A DNA stretch of 63,567 bases, the filler included, from Rhabdomonas costata (Eukaryota): assembly GCA_019059605.1 (NCBI GenBank). It is 47 parts of 47 records of this genome, joined end to end, with 100 filler letters (N's around TTAATTAATTAA, not from the genome) between each part and the next. Parts side by side here need not be neighbours in the genome. Positions count along the whole stretch, not along the records: positions 33,862 to 35,116 come from JAHMHO010021729.1; positions 35,217 to 36,472 come from JAHMHO010021730.1; positions 36,573 to 37,827 come from JAHMHO010021731.1; positions 37,928 to 39,182 come from JAHMHO010021732.1; positions 39,283 to 40,536 come from JAHMHO010021733.1; positions 40,637 to 41,891 come from JAHMHO010021734.1; positions 41,992 to 43,248 come from JAHMHO010021735.1; positions 43,349 to 44,604 come from JAHMHO010021736.1; 39 more parts are not named here. One strand, written 5' to 3'. Positions within the stretch are counted from its first letter, which is position 1. Each line of letters begins with the position of its first letter. The notes beneath the pieces were generated by a model that saw only the letters and a program-made list of their open reading frames with translations, was not told the origin of the DNA and made no database searches. Positions 35,074 to 47,313 of the stretch are shown here, piece by piece. The translations under genes were made by a program, and so were the position numbers.

Positions 35074-36983
35074 AATCTCTTCTCTTCTGGCCGTCTCGAT
35101 CTTTTTCGTCCAGGGTNNNNNNNNNNNNNNNNNNNNNNNNNNNNNNNNNNNNNNNNNNNNTTAATTAATTAANNNNNNNNNNNNNNNNNNNNNNNNNNNN
35201 NNNNNNNNNNNNNNNNTTGCCAAAGCATATATACTGCCCAGGAGGTCGAAAAAACGTCGTTTGTGGGAACGAATGACAGGAAACACCCTCTTTCAATGAC
35301 AGATATTTTCTGGTTCTGCAGCGCAGGAAGAAGGCACTTGGCCACCTCGCAAAGCCGTTTTCCCCCAAGACCGCAACATCTACTGCCCTAAAGTCGTCGA
35401 CCTGCTCGTCATTTGGGCGTTCAAAAAGGTTCGTCCGGATCGCTACCGTCTTCATTTCGTGAAACACAGGAACATATATTAAGATCGGTGGGAACTTGCC
35501 CAAGAGATCATTCAGGCACGGCACGGTTTCACGTTACATTCGTGCCATGTGTGCAAATTACTTTTGACGTATCGTCCACATTCACGCGCAATCGCTCGGC
35601 ATTCCGCAAGCGATATTCCCATACGAAATGGGAATACCGCAAGCCGACATGGCGTACTCAGTCAGTGCTTCACCATTACTAAGCTGCCAAAACGTGGCGG
35701 TTGGGCCTGTTCCTAGCGGAACAAGGTGTACGCATCTTGGTGGCATGAGGCTTGCCTTATGCGAACTAAGTGCTCACCCCTCCGCTGGCCAGGGACGGGC
35801 CAGAGCCATCCCCCACAGCTCCGAAGGCGGCCCGTTCCCTCCTCCGGCGGAATGCTTCTCGTATGCCCTCCTCAGCAAAAGGGGGGGGCTGTGCAAGTCA
35901 AAGCCCTTCTGTGCAACAAAGCGCAAAGGTGGCTGGGTGTGGTTGGCGGTCCCCCGGGTACACCGTCTGGCGCTCTTTCGTCGTCTGAGTCCACCGTCCT
36001 TTCGTTGCCTTCTTCGACCTCCTCCACTCCACGCAGTGTTGGGGATGATGTACCTATTCCACCAAAGCACGACAGTCCAAAAGTGTGCGCCGGCTCCTCC
36101 CCCTCCTCTCCCAGGATCCTAAACCATGGCTGTGAGGGGAGTCTGCTCCCAAAAACTGGTGTGTGTATGCTACTTCCCTCTTCCCAGACTTGAATAGTGG
36201 CTTGCTACGGGCGGCATACGCACAATTCGGGTGTTCAAGGAGGAGGGAGTGGGGCTCGCCAGACTTCTGGAAATCGAACACACCCAATTCGGGCACTTGA
36301 GAAGCCGGATCGCGTGGAGGGCTGACCGCGTGACCCTCACGACTATGTCTCTCCCCGCCCGAGATGTATGGCGGTGAGGAATTTACATTCCTATCGTTAG
36401 GGAAACCTTTGCATCAGCGTAAAAACAGAAGTGGTTCACCCCCACCACTACCACCACAACCACCTAGTGCCTNNNNNNNNNNNNNNNNNNNNNNNNNNNN
36501 NNNNNNNNNNNNNNNNTTAATTAATTAANNNNNNNNNNNNNNNNNNNNNNNNNNNNNNNNNNNNNNNNNNNNTTGTTGGGGGGATTGTATGCTTTTCGAA
36601 AGTAAGTTTTTGGCCAAAATTGGTTTGTAGGAAATCGTGAAAATTCGCGAAAAAAAATATTCGTGATATCCATATTTTATCCTAATTCCACTTAACGATA
36701 GGTATTTTCAAATACCCTGGAGGTAGCCTGGGCCTAGCCACCCCAGGGAGGTCCTCCCATACGCATAAAAGGAACAGCTTTAAAATTATAAAATAGAAAT
36801 AGTTCCGATTTCTCTAAATTTCTCTCGAAAAAATTCGGCAATCATCATAAGATTTCGTATACGAGGTAGTGGGGACCCCCTTCGCAATGCCAGGGCAAGG
36901 CAACAGGGTCGTAATGTGGACATGCATCACACGTGGAAACTGTGATTCCTCTTTCCCCGCCCCGTTCCCATCCCCCTTGCCAC

Positions 36984-37181
36984 CTTGTGAGGCTTCGAGG
37001 AGGACTTTGGCCTCCGGAAGACCTTCCGGGCGATGTCCTTGGAGGCCTCGTCGGAGTCTGGCAGGGGATGGCAGATGTGGGGGAAGCCTTCCAGCCTTTG
37101 CTCCAACTCTGCAGGCTCCAGGCTGAGCACCGAAGAGTGGTATCCCACCACAGGGTCCAGCTTGGCGTTGCCATACACCAC
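36984..37181 (-). CDS. Internal exon of a hypothetical protein
   Basis: 198-nt open frame flanked by TTCAG| and AAG|GTGGCA, starting VVYGNAKLDPVVGYHSSVLSLEPAELEQRLEGFPHICHP. Confidence 0.5.
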
Positions 37182-37645
37182 CTGAACAGGAAGGGAGCGG
37201 AACTGAGGGGCGCGAGTTGGCGTCAGAGGTACTGGCAATGCGACTTCAGGTGTCAAGACACCACTAACGCTGCTCCACCTCCATTTACCACCTTGCTTCC
37301 GAAAACTCAGAAACATTGTATGTAACAGGCACACACACAAACACACCCTCAACCCGCAGGCACACACACACAGCACAATTAGAGCGCTGCAACGGAGGAT
37401 CAAGGAAAGGGCTGCCACGGGGCAGGCCAATGAAGCCATGGGCCAAACCGCAAACTCACAAGCTCTGTGCATCAATCTGCTTACGGATGCGGGTTAACAT
37501 TCCATTTCAGATATCTCTTCCCCTGCCGCGAGCAGCACAGTGCGCCCTGAGCAAAGAAAAATCAGCTATTCACATTACAGTCCAACACGAAATACGAACA
37601 CAATCGGTACACACAGATGAGGGTGTTGAAGGGAAGGCATGGTGC

Positions 37646-37823
37646 TGGATAGCGAGGCAGCATGACAACAATCATTCTTTGATGAATTGCATCGTCCAAA
37701 GTTCCCAGCAAGGAAAGTTCGCATAGAACATGATGGGTGGATTTATGCGAACTTTCCTTGCTGGGAACTTTGGACGATGCAATTCATCAAAGAATGATTG
37801 TTGTCATGCTGCCTCGCTATCCA
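37646..37823. repeat. Perfect inverted repeat, 80-bp arms (37646-37725 and 37744-37823) with an 18-nt spacer
   Basis: TGGATAGCGAGG...GTTCGCATA is followed by its exact reverse complement TATGCGAAC...CCTCGCTATCCA. Confidence 0.97.
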
Positions 37824-39654
37824 ACACNNNNNNNNNNNNNNNNNNNNNNNNNNNNNNNNNNNNNNNNNNNNTTAATTAATTAANNNNNNNNNNNNNNNNN
37901 NNNNNNNNNNNNNNNNNNNNNNNNNNNGTTTTTGTTGTCAAAATATGTCGACTGCTGGGAGGTTCCGCTGTCAGTTATGAGTTTCCCGTAAAAGTATTTG
38001 CCTTCGGTGGTCAGGCTGTGTTGGAAGGTTTCATTCCGTCTGATGCGATCTTTGGTCTTCCACCGCGGTTGGGTCGGGTACTCAGTTGACGATCCTATGG
38101 TGTTGTACCGCTGGCAGTGGGTTCGTCGGGACCTCGTGCTGCGGGCAGTAGGCTTCTACGAGAAGGTTTGCTTCCTGTGCCTCTCCATGCTAATGATATT
38201 GGCACCCTCTCCCAACTCCGTCTTTTGCCTTCTTTGCCCTTGAAACCCTGTGCCTGCGCTTTGGTTTCATTGATTTTCACTTCGAGAGACGTGGGGCGAT
38301 CATAGAGATAGCGCATCCCTTGGGCCGTCTGACAACGTGGCTTTGCACGCACCGTGTGGTTAACCTTTCCGTGTAGTGAACCTTTTGTGCGCAAAAAAAA
38401 CCCATTTCTCGGTTTCGCTGTGTGCGCGTGCGCCTCCTGTTGCCATACTCTCGCCTTCTCTTGGCGTCACTGTGTGGAAGCGAGACTAAGAGAGTCATGA
38501 GACAAAGAGCAACTTGAGGAACTGAACCTACCTTTATTGGGTCTCACAGTTCTCACATCCGCATGCACCGTTTCCCTATGAACTGCTAGCCACGGAAGGG
38601 AGGAGGTGTGGTTTCGATCTTCCCCTTCCCCAAGGAGCCGGTGCGGAAGCCCCTAGCCTCGACTTATTTGTCGGGCTCCTGTTCAAGAAGCGATGCTCCT
38701 CATCTCAGACCGCCGCCTGCATTTTTCAGGCGTCAAGTGTGAGTGAGCCCAACGCCGCCTTGCACTCACATTCAAGTTTGTTTTTTTTCTTGCCTCCTGT
38801 TTTTGTCAGGGTATTGCGCTGTACAGTGACGGGGACTCTGTGGGGGCGCTGCGGTGGTTCCGCGAGGCCCTGTCGGTGCTTCCGTGGGACAGCCCCTCGC
38901 GGCTTCTGGTGGAGAGCTGTGGAAGTGCCACCTCCTCCGTAGCGGCGATGGACCCCTGCGACGGGGTGATCCGAGTCTCCAAGTGAGCAAAGCCCGGAGC
39001 AGCCCGAAGGTGTGTGTGTGTGACTTAGTTCCAGGCAAATGCCCTCTGCGGGTTGGATTTTCGGCAGAGTGGGAGCAAGATAAAAGTCAGCTGCTCCAAG
39101 ACACTTGGAGCGTTTGTCAAAAGGTTAACCCCAACCCCAACCCCCATATAATGGACTACTTGGGGATTATTAGCATTTTAACNNNNNNNNNNNNNNNNNN
39201 NNNNNNNNNNNNNNNNNNNNNNNNNNTTAATTAATTAANNNNNNNNNNNNNNNNNNNNNNNNNNNNNNNNNNNNNNNNNNNNTGGTTGTGGTGCTTTCCC
39301 CTCCTTCCGAAGAGGCGTGGCTCCGAGGGTGCGCTGGCGCGCAAGCAACAACTCCAAAAATAACAAAAAAGGCAAGCGTGCGTGTTCAACTGCCTGATGC
39401 CTTCGGGGGGGGTTGTTTGCCCCTTGTAACTCTCGTGGTGCTTTTCACACCTTCCCCCTTCTTCGTCCCAGTTTCCGCGTCGCAAAGGGGTTTGCCCAAC
39501 AATGCTGATAAAATGCATATTCTCGCCTAGCCCACCGTGCCTAACGCCAAAGCCCAAACCAAAAACAAACAGCCTTTCCACGCACTTTCCACGCTACATC
39601 GATAGCCAAATTCCCGGCCGCCCCGCCCGGTCAAAAAGCTATGTTAAAAAAGCC

Positions 39655-40348
39655 TCGAAAGTTCCTTTCATTTCTACCACTTGATTTGGAAAGTTCCCAA
39701 CTTGAATTCAAAACAATCACCACATCTATGTCGGAATCCTTCAAATTTTTGGACATTCTGTTCTCCAACATGTTCTCCTCATCCAGCCGTCTTGCGACAG
39801 GATTGTCCTGGATTAAACCCTTCTCCGCGCCCAGTTTGCTGCTGAGCTAAGGATTCCGAACCCAAAGGTGCGCACCCACCGAGTTAAAACCACCACATGG
39901 GTAAGGCCTCCAACCCGATTGGATTTCAGTTCTGCCAGCGGCGCCACCAAGCACCGCAGGTTTTTGTGGATCATCCGCTTCTGTTTTCACATCGCCGCTT
40001 AAGCATTGAAGATCGACGCCGGTCCGGTACTCCAATGTGGCATTTGCCACAAATTCGCAACTCCAATCTAATAGCAGCTAGACGATCTGCCTGCAAGCTC
40101 AAATCCAAAGGGCATCAGCAGCAGTTTCAATCATTTCTGCCGTCATAATCAGTTTCCCCTTCAGCCTACAGCTTGTAGCACGCGAGTTGAGTGTGGAAAA
40201 CACACTTATGTTTTCTCAGCAGAACACCAATTTCCACACAAACAGCGGAGGTGCGTCGCACAATTGGAAATGCTTCCTCTTCGAAAGTTCCTTTCATTTC
40301 TACCACTTGATTTGGAAAGTTCCCAACTTGAATTCAAAGCGATCACCA
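39655..40348. repeat. Dispersed direct repeat: 58 identical nt at 39655-39712 and 40281-40338 (68 nt with 2 mismatches)
   Basis: TCGAAAGTTCCTTTCATTTCTACCACTTGATTTGGAAAGTTCCCAACTTGAATTCAAA occurs twice, 626 nt apart. Confidence 0.95.
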
Positions 40349-40811
40349 GCTTCAATGTCCCGTGCGGAGTCCGCTCGTAACTTCACCACCGTTATCTCCA
40401 AGCCATTAACTGAAGACACGGAGATTGCAGATGTCTGCGTGCACATCGGAGTGTTCAAGCCAGTCACATAGCTCCATAACCGCTTCACGTTTTCACTTTA
40501 TACTCCTCAAAGCCACGCAATCCATGCTAGATCTTANNNNNNNNNNNNNNNNNNNNNNNNNNNNNNNNNNNNNNNNNNNNTTAATTAATTAANNNNNNNN
40601 NNNNNNNNNNNNNNNNNNNNNNNNNNNNNNNNNNNNGTTGTGTGTATCCTAACCTTAGTCATCCCTCGCGACTCTACGAGTGTAGTATACCACGTTTCAG
40701 TATCCCGCGCTTTAGACGCGCCAGACGGAAGTGCCAAATTTCGTGAGCTTCGTAGAGTCGCGAGGGATGACTAAGGTTAGGATATACACATCCGTTCGAT
40801 GCCATTTTCAG

Positions 40812-41877
40812 ACGCTGTTTCACCTCTCTGAGTTCCGGCGGGCGGTGTACTGGCTGCCCACGGACGGCGGCAGCGCTGCGGCTCCCTCGTCGCCTGGGGC
40901 TCCGCCGGAGGAGCCCACCTCGGCCGAGGCAAGGAGCATCCCGCTGGCTCTGCAGAGGCTGTTCTGCGATCTGGAGTGGTCCATGGTGCCCGCCAGCACG
41001 CGCGCCCTCACCACCTCCTTCGGGTGGACCCATGAGGAGAGCTTTGTGCAGCACGACATCCAGGTACGCCCCCACCCCAACCCCCTCAGGGTCCACTGGG
41101 AACCATAGCCTTGCCCTTTTGGTGAATACAGGAGTATCCCGGACTCACCCATATCGATGCATAGTGCACAGACTTTGCAGTTGTTTCTGCTGAAAACAAA
41201 ACATTGTACAAAGTAGGTAATAAATATAATTAGATTATAATTAGATAAACCATTCTTGTTTGTGGTATGTTTAACCATTGAACGCGCAATTACAAAAGAG
41301 GATATGCACCTGTTCAGCTGCGCGTGTATTGCCTTGAGCAGTCCGTCTCTCCTCCCCCGTCCGTCCGTTCCGTCTGCTCCCCCCCCTCCAAACTTCGTTC
41401 TGACAGAAATCTTGAAAACCTAGTCGGTTTGAGTCTCACCTTCACACCAGGGAAGTCGCCAGGGGTCACAGGTTGCGGGTTGCGGATGGGCATTACCATG
41501 AATGCAATCCCATCCAAGTGGTTTTTCAACCTGAGGGATAGAAGTCGAGAAGAAGTGGGCTCTCACGTCAAATTGCCGGAGTCAGGACCCTCACACTCCT
41601 AAAAACACACCGCTCTCTCGAGCAACCCACGCTCACAACACCCAGTCTCTGAAAACTGAAAAATGGTGTGCCCCCCCCCACACACACAAAGGAGCTGCTT
41701 CGGAAGCTCTCTGACAACCTCGCGGCGAAGATGAAGGGCACGGATGTCGAGGGAACGGTGGAGCGGTTGTTTTGTGGGAAGATGCTCAGCTACGTCCGGT
41801 GCCTGGGCGGGGTCCGTCACGTCTCCCTGCGCGAGGAGGACTTCTACGACATCCAGCTCACTGTGCGGGGATGCAAG
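40812..41877 (+). CDS. USP7: USP7/UBP12-like ubiquitin-specific protease, catalytic domain; exons 40812-41063 and 41692-41877
   Basis: [17 protein letters not shown]...[10 protein letters not shown]...LTTSFGW...[36 protein letters not shown]...[12 protein letters not shown] is collinear with USP7. Confidence 0.92.
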
Positions 41878-42007
41878 GTGTGGGCATCTGCNNNNNNNNN
41901 NNNNNNNNNNNNNNNNNNNNNNNNNNNNNNNNNNNTTAATTAATTAANNNNNNNNNNNNNNNNNNNNNNNNNNNNNNNNNNNNNNNNNNNNTCTACTCCT
42001 ACCTCAG

Positions 42008-42305
42008 GGTGTGGACCTTGTTCTTCCTGGTGCTGGGGTTCACGGCGTCCGTGATCGCGACAGCACTGCCGTTGTGGAGCGAAGTGAAGGTCAGCGCGTC
42101 GGCGACGGACCCGGTAGGCGGGGTCTGGGGGGGCGTCGGGCTGTGGGAGAGCAGCTCCTGCTCTTACAGCCTCCCCACGGACCTCGACAGTGTGCTGGCG
42201 CTGTGCAGCTCCAACGCCGTGGGGCAGGTGTACGGCTCCGGGAGCTGCTACGACTATTTCCAGACGGTCCGGGCTTTCTCCGTTATGGGCACCGTGTTTC
42301 TGGTG

Positions 42306-42337
<32 letters not shown>

Positions 42338-43248
42338 CGTGTATATTTATGCGAAGATGTGGGAGGCCGGGCTCCTGGACAGTTACTGACTTGTGTCTGT
42401 TTCGCATCTTCCCTCCTTTTCAGCCTCTTGAGCTAGAGAAAGTCTGGTGCGAATGTACGCGTGTATTCAGAGTCAGATTTCAGGGCCAAACTGGCCAGGC
42501 GCAGAGTATGAATTCTCGCCATTGGCACCTTTTTGCCATTGACTTGTCAACGTTATTTAACCGTAACGCTTTCCAGCAGCAGAGGTGACCGCACCCTCTC
42601 CACCCCATTTCCGGGAAGCTGGAGAGCAAAAGCATTAAAGCCAACTGGAGGCGAAAAAACCACAGCATTGAATTATGTGTGAGTGGGGGGGGGGGAGTAC
42701 AGGGTGTCGAGTTTGCGTAGGTTTAGCATATACATTGGAGGATTTTGCCGACAAGGCGAGTGGCACCTCAGCTCATGGGACTGAGCTATGTTGCGACGAG
42801 CTTGGCACAAGTCGCGGAAGTATCCGATTGGCGGTGTGCTTAGCGGTTTGTTCTGTATAGTTGCGGGGTCGTCGGGGTCCTCCGACCGACCGTTCCTTTC
42901 CCCGCATTAGGGCCTGTCCATGGTGCTGTCCTACGTGGAGGTGTACCGGGGGATCTCCCACCCCTGGAGGCAAGTCCTGGCCTGGCTGTGCCTCCTGGCG
43001 ATGTGCTGCACCGTGATCTGCTTCGCGGTCTACACCGCCGTCCACACCAGCTGCGCGCCGATGCACAACCCCGACCCCGGCCGCAGCTACGCCTACAGCG
43101 TCAGCTTTGGCCTGGAGATCGCGGCGTTCTGCCTGGCCCTATTTGCCACCGTCACGGCGTTTTGGTCCTGGGCCACCGCGCAGGACGCGCTGTTCGGCCG
43201 AAGCTCCCGCTACCCTCCCCCCGATGCCCCCGGAGCAGGCGCCGGGGT
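42008..43248 (+). CDS. Four-transmembrane claudin/PMP22/amastin-superfamily protein; exons 42008-42302 and 42911 to contig end
   Basis: TM1 is followed by PLW...VGLW...C...C...CYDYFQTVRAFSVM (W-GLW-C-C signature), then three more TM helices with YSVSFGL before TM4. GT-AG intron at 42303-42910. Confidence 0.8.
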
Positions 43249-43359
43249 NNNNNNNNNNNNNNNNNNNNNNNNNNNNNNNNNNNNNNNNNNNNTTAATTAA
43301 TTAANNNNNNNNNNNNNNNNNNNNNNNNNNNNNNNNNNNNNNNNNNNNGGGGGTTGTGT

Positions 43360-44514
43360 AACTGTGGAAGAAGTGGCTGGTGGGGTGGCTCCCCACACTG
43401 GTCCATCCGTCTGCATCGCTTCCTTTCCACCACTTCCCCAACCCCAACTTACCTCTGCAGGGTCGCAAACCACTACAGTCTTCTCACCAACTTTCTGAAC
43501 AGCTCCCGCATATGTGGATGCGGATGATGACGGTCTGGTGCCTGTGGAAATCCCTTCAATCGGGGTCGTCTGGCTTAGTTTAGGCTTGGGAAACGTAGCC
43601 TCCGGTATGGAACTAGTCCCTGTCCACGTATGCTCGTAGACTGCACCAGGGGCCTCGCTACGCTCCCTCTTGGTTTCCGTAACCGAATGCTGTACCAAAG
43701 CTGGCATCAACTTTGAAACTGTCTCTGGAGCCGCCTTGGGAACTGCACTCTCTGTGGAAGTCGATTGTCATTGTGGTCGACTGTCAGTGTGGTTCCCGTC
43801 CCTTGCTGTGCATTACATCCGCTGGGAGGTTCCACCAACTGTCCCCTACCCATCTTCAGCTGTCGCAAAATCTCTCCCAACGTATCTGCAACTGGTGGCT
43901 GTGGAAGGGGCTTCGGGGCTCGAGTGACATACTTCACCCACTGCATCGTATCTGGAAGCTGGGACAACAATTCTCTGGAAACAAGCCTCCTCCTCAGAAC
44001 CTCATTAAGCAACCCCTCGATATTCTCCCGTTCTGAAATCAGAACAGGTCCCTCAATCTGTTCAACCACCTCCATCACATACGTCACCATGGCATGATCC
44101 TCCAACACTGGTGGAATGGTACTCAGGGTCGGTAACTATGGAGATCCATGGGCAACCATCCTCCACTCGTGCAACTGCGTTCAACTCCTGCATAGCCTTA
44201 GCCATATCAACTCTTCCCTGCTCCAGAATACCCACTAGATTTGTGATCTCTGCACTATCTTTCCTGTCCTTGTACCGATCTGAAATTCACTGCACTGCGT
44301 TCATCCACCTCGTGGTACTTTCTACCACTCCCAAACATCTACTACTCAGTCGCTCTGCAGTCTCTTTTCGCACCTTCTCCAAATCTGTGGAAGACTTATC
44401 AAAGCACTGCACACAAGCCTCATACCGATTCTGTAGATTGGCCCGCACAAACGCGTTCAGACCTGCCCAGTAACGCTTCTCTGCAGGGGGCTTAGGGGTT
44501 TGGGACATCTCCAC
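43360..44514 (-). pseudogene. Intronless decayed ORF (one in-frame TGA, at least two frameshifts); probable transposon ORF1/gag remnant
   Basis: Protein-like frames abut one another: 44514-44287, read-through to about 44140, then 44108-43707 and 43710 to the contig edge. There are no splice signals and no diagnostic domain was recognised. Confidence 0.4.
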
Positions 44515-45673
44515 AACTCTGGAAGCACAGTAGCTCTGAATTCAGTAACAACCCACAAACGCTCTGGAAACCCACCCTCCAGACGCACACACACACAAAC
44601 AAACNNNNNNNNNNNNNNNNNNNNNNNNNNNNNNNNNNNNNNNNNNNNTTAATTAATTAANNNNNNNNNNNNNNNNNNNNNNNNNNNNNNNNNNNNNNNN
44701 NNNNGTGGTGGTGTGTTTGGTGTGGTGGGTATATTGTACGATAGAGGTCGGATTAGTATTCCGCATTGCTCGTTTTTTTTGTCCCCACTGCGCTGAATCG
44801 TGCGATGGCCTGATAGTTGTTTCCTTTTGTTAGTAAACTTTGCAGCATCGCGAGGTATCGTGCAGTGTTCAGCCAAGAAACACGGATTGGGATTACACGT
44901 TGCTCACTTGAATTGTGGATTTGTGTGTATGTGCACATGCAATAGGTGACAAGGAGTGGTGTATGTCCCACGTTATCACACTTACAGGGCGTTCGTTTGT
45001 AGTGTTTTTTCAACGTTGGCTTACTATTGCGCGACCTTTCCAAGCTTTTCATGTAGCCGCTTCCGTGTGCTCTTTGCTTTCCGTGTCTATCGCCGATTTA
45101 CGTCTGTATTTTTTGGCAGTGCTCTTCTGGTTGCCTTATCCCGGGTGCTGGGCTGCCTAGTGTTGGAAATATTCATCAAGTATTGGAAGATACCATCAGG
45201 AGTTGTGCCTAATGGAAGTCCACCCGGCAGGTTTTTCAAAGATGCACCATAAATGGCCTCCCTGGTTCGGGAACACGTAGTTCTCATTACTCTGGTTAGG
45301 AGCACAGATATCTTTATCCAGATGTGGAATCGACTTAAAGCTGCAATTTTTATCTGGTCGGAAGTTTCTGGCTTAAGGCACCATACCCATGCATGCCAAA
45401 ATGGGGCGCCGAAAAACTGCGGCGTGTCTGTGAGTTTAGTATTATGGCATTGATTGAGTGGTAGACGATATTCACATCTGCTGGTACCTGAGTTTGCGTG
45501 CAAAGACTGTGTCGAGGAAGTTTGAGGCACCGTGCGACCACCGTCTGATCATTTTCTGATCTCAGGAAACTTTTGCTTTTCCAGATTCACGTTTACGTTC
45601 ACGATGTGGCTCGTCGTACTTCTTCTTTTCGCTTTGCCTCCGTTTATTATCTCATCGAACAAAGCTGCAACCA

Positions 45674-45740
45674 TTACCTCCACTCCGACCTCCGCACCAA
45701 CTTCGACCCCTACCTCAACGCCGACCCCAACCACCTACCA
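45674..45740 (+). repeat. Degenerate 12-nt repeat (reads TSTPTSAPTSTPTSTPTPTT in one frame)
   Basis: Read directly from the sequence; third-position variation is compatible with a Thr/Pro linker. Confidence 0.55.
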
Positions 45741-46818
45741 ACACTTGTGGCTCGTGAGGCTCAGACATCAAGACCTCTTGCCCTCACCTCTGGATCATAC
45801 GATTCGTGAGATGGGGGGGACACAGTTATTGTTAATCATGCACATAACATAACCGCGACAATGTACCCCACAAAAACTCTCCCGAAGTCGCACGAAACGT
45901 TTTTAAAGGGAGAAAATCGGGAGCGTGTACTCCCGTGCACACGGTTCACACCCCCACCCNNNNNNNNNNNNNNNNNNNNNNNNNNNNNNNNNNNNNNNNN
46001 NNNTTAATTAATTAANNNNNNNNNNNNNNNNNNNNNNNNNNNNNNNNNNNNNNNNNNNNGTTGGTGTGTTGGTGTTGTGGCGAAAGCAAAAGAAGCGAGG
46101 TCCAGGAGCCGCAGTCACGTGGGGGTCCTTGCATTGGGGAGGGAGGTCCTTCTTCCTTTCTTCTGCAGTACTCGGCTGCACGGAGAAAAACTGAATGCAC
46201 AGATGCGAAATTCGCGATGAAAAAACAGGCGATTCAGGAAGGACAAGACAGACAGGGTAAGTCCGGTACAGGCCTATGCAAAAGTCCTCCCAAATCGCTG
46301 CGTCTCCAGCTGTTGCTCCCTCGGCTCGGCCCGTCGGTGTGCCTTGGACCTGGGGGAGGGGGAGGGACAGAATACACTCTCACACGCACATACGGACGCC
46401 GAGTCCCAGGCACATACCTGCCTGTCCATTCGTTCATCCTTTGTAAAGTTCCCTTTTTGGCTCACCTCATGTCCGCATCCATCTGCCGTTGTCTACCCGC
46501 ATGCCATTCCTCCTGTTTGCCCAAACCCCCAACCTCTCACGCTCTCACATTGCGACAGCTGCCACCACCAGCGGTTTGTCGTCTCCTTTCTCTCGGTGTC
46601 ACGCCTTGCTCCTATATTGTTGCGCTCTTCCTGTCCCCCCAAGCACCTCTCTTTTTTTAGATCTGTGCTGAAGTCCTCTCCCTCACCCCTATTTCTTCAG
46701 CTTCTTACTTTCTTTTTCCTTTGTTCCTACCAGCTTGGCTAAACAGAACGCTGGACATTCTAGTGCTGCGTTTTGTTGCCATAATACACACTGCCTTTCC
46801 CGTTTTCCCTCCCATCAG

Positions 46819-47313
46819 GGCTTTTGGCCCCCTGCCTACTCTGAGCCGGGCTGGCTGTGCGGCTCGGACGGGGTGTGCGTTTGCCGCGGCGGGTGGTCCG
46901 GAGAGGCATGCACCTGTCGCGACTGTAGGGGGCATGGGCACTGTGACCCCACCACGGCGACCTGTGTGTGCGATCCCGGCTACGTCCCCCTCCGCCCCGG
47001 AAACGCGGATTGCGACGGAACCTGCGAAGGCACGCTCCGCCCGCTCTTCTTTTTGGGATGTGTCTGCTGGTTCTTCGGCTTCCGACTAGCCCTTGGGGAA
47101 GTCATAAGCGTTACATAAACAAGTGATTGTTTGAATCTGTTTTCATTTTAACTTTATGCTACTACATTTGGTCTGGTGTTTTCTTGAACAAGGTTCAAGG
47201 CAGTTGCTTGCATTCCCTGCTTGTTTTTTCCTTCCATCAGGCCTCGGTGGTTGCAGTGCCCACGGGTCGTGTGCCAGCGGGGTGGGGAGAGCTTCCTCGG
47301 TGCACCAACCAAC
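46819..47313 (+). CDS. EGF-like repeat (tenascin-type) extracellular protein; exons 46819-47029 and 47241 onward
   Basis: CGSDGVCVCRGGWSGEAC, CRGHGHCDPTTATCVCDPGY and CSAHGSCASG are EGF cysteine patterns. The probable intron 47030-47240 is GC-AG. Confidence 0.85.

Noticed and set aside
35600-35690. GIPQAD as reverse-transcriptase motif B
   Set aside because: No convincing motif A upstream or YADD downstream.
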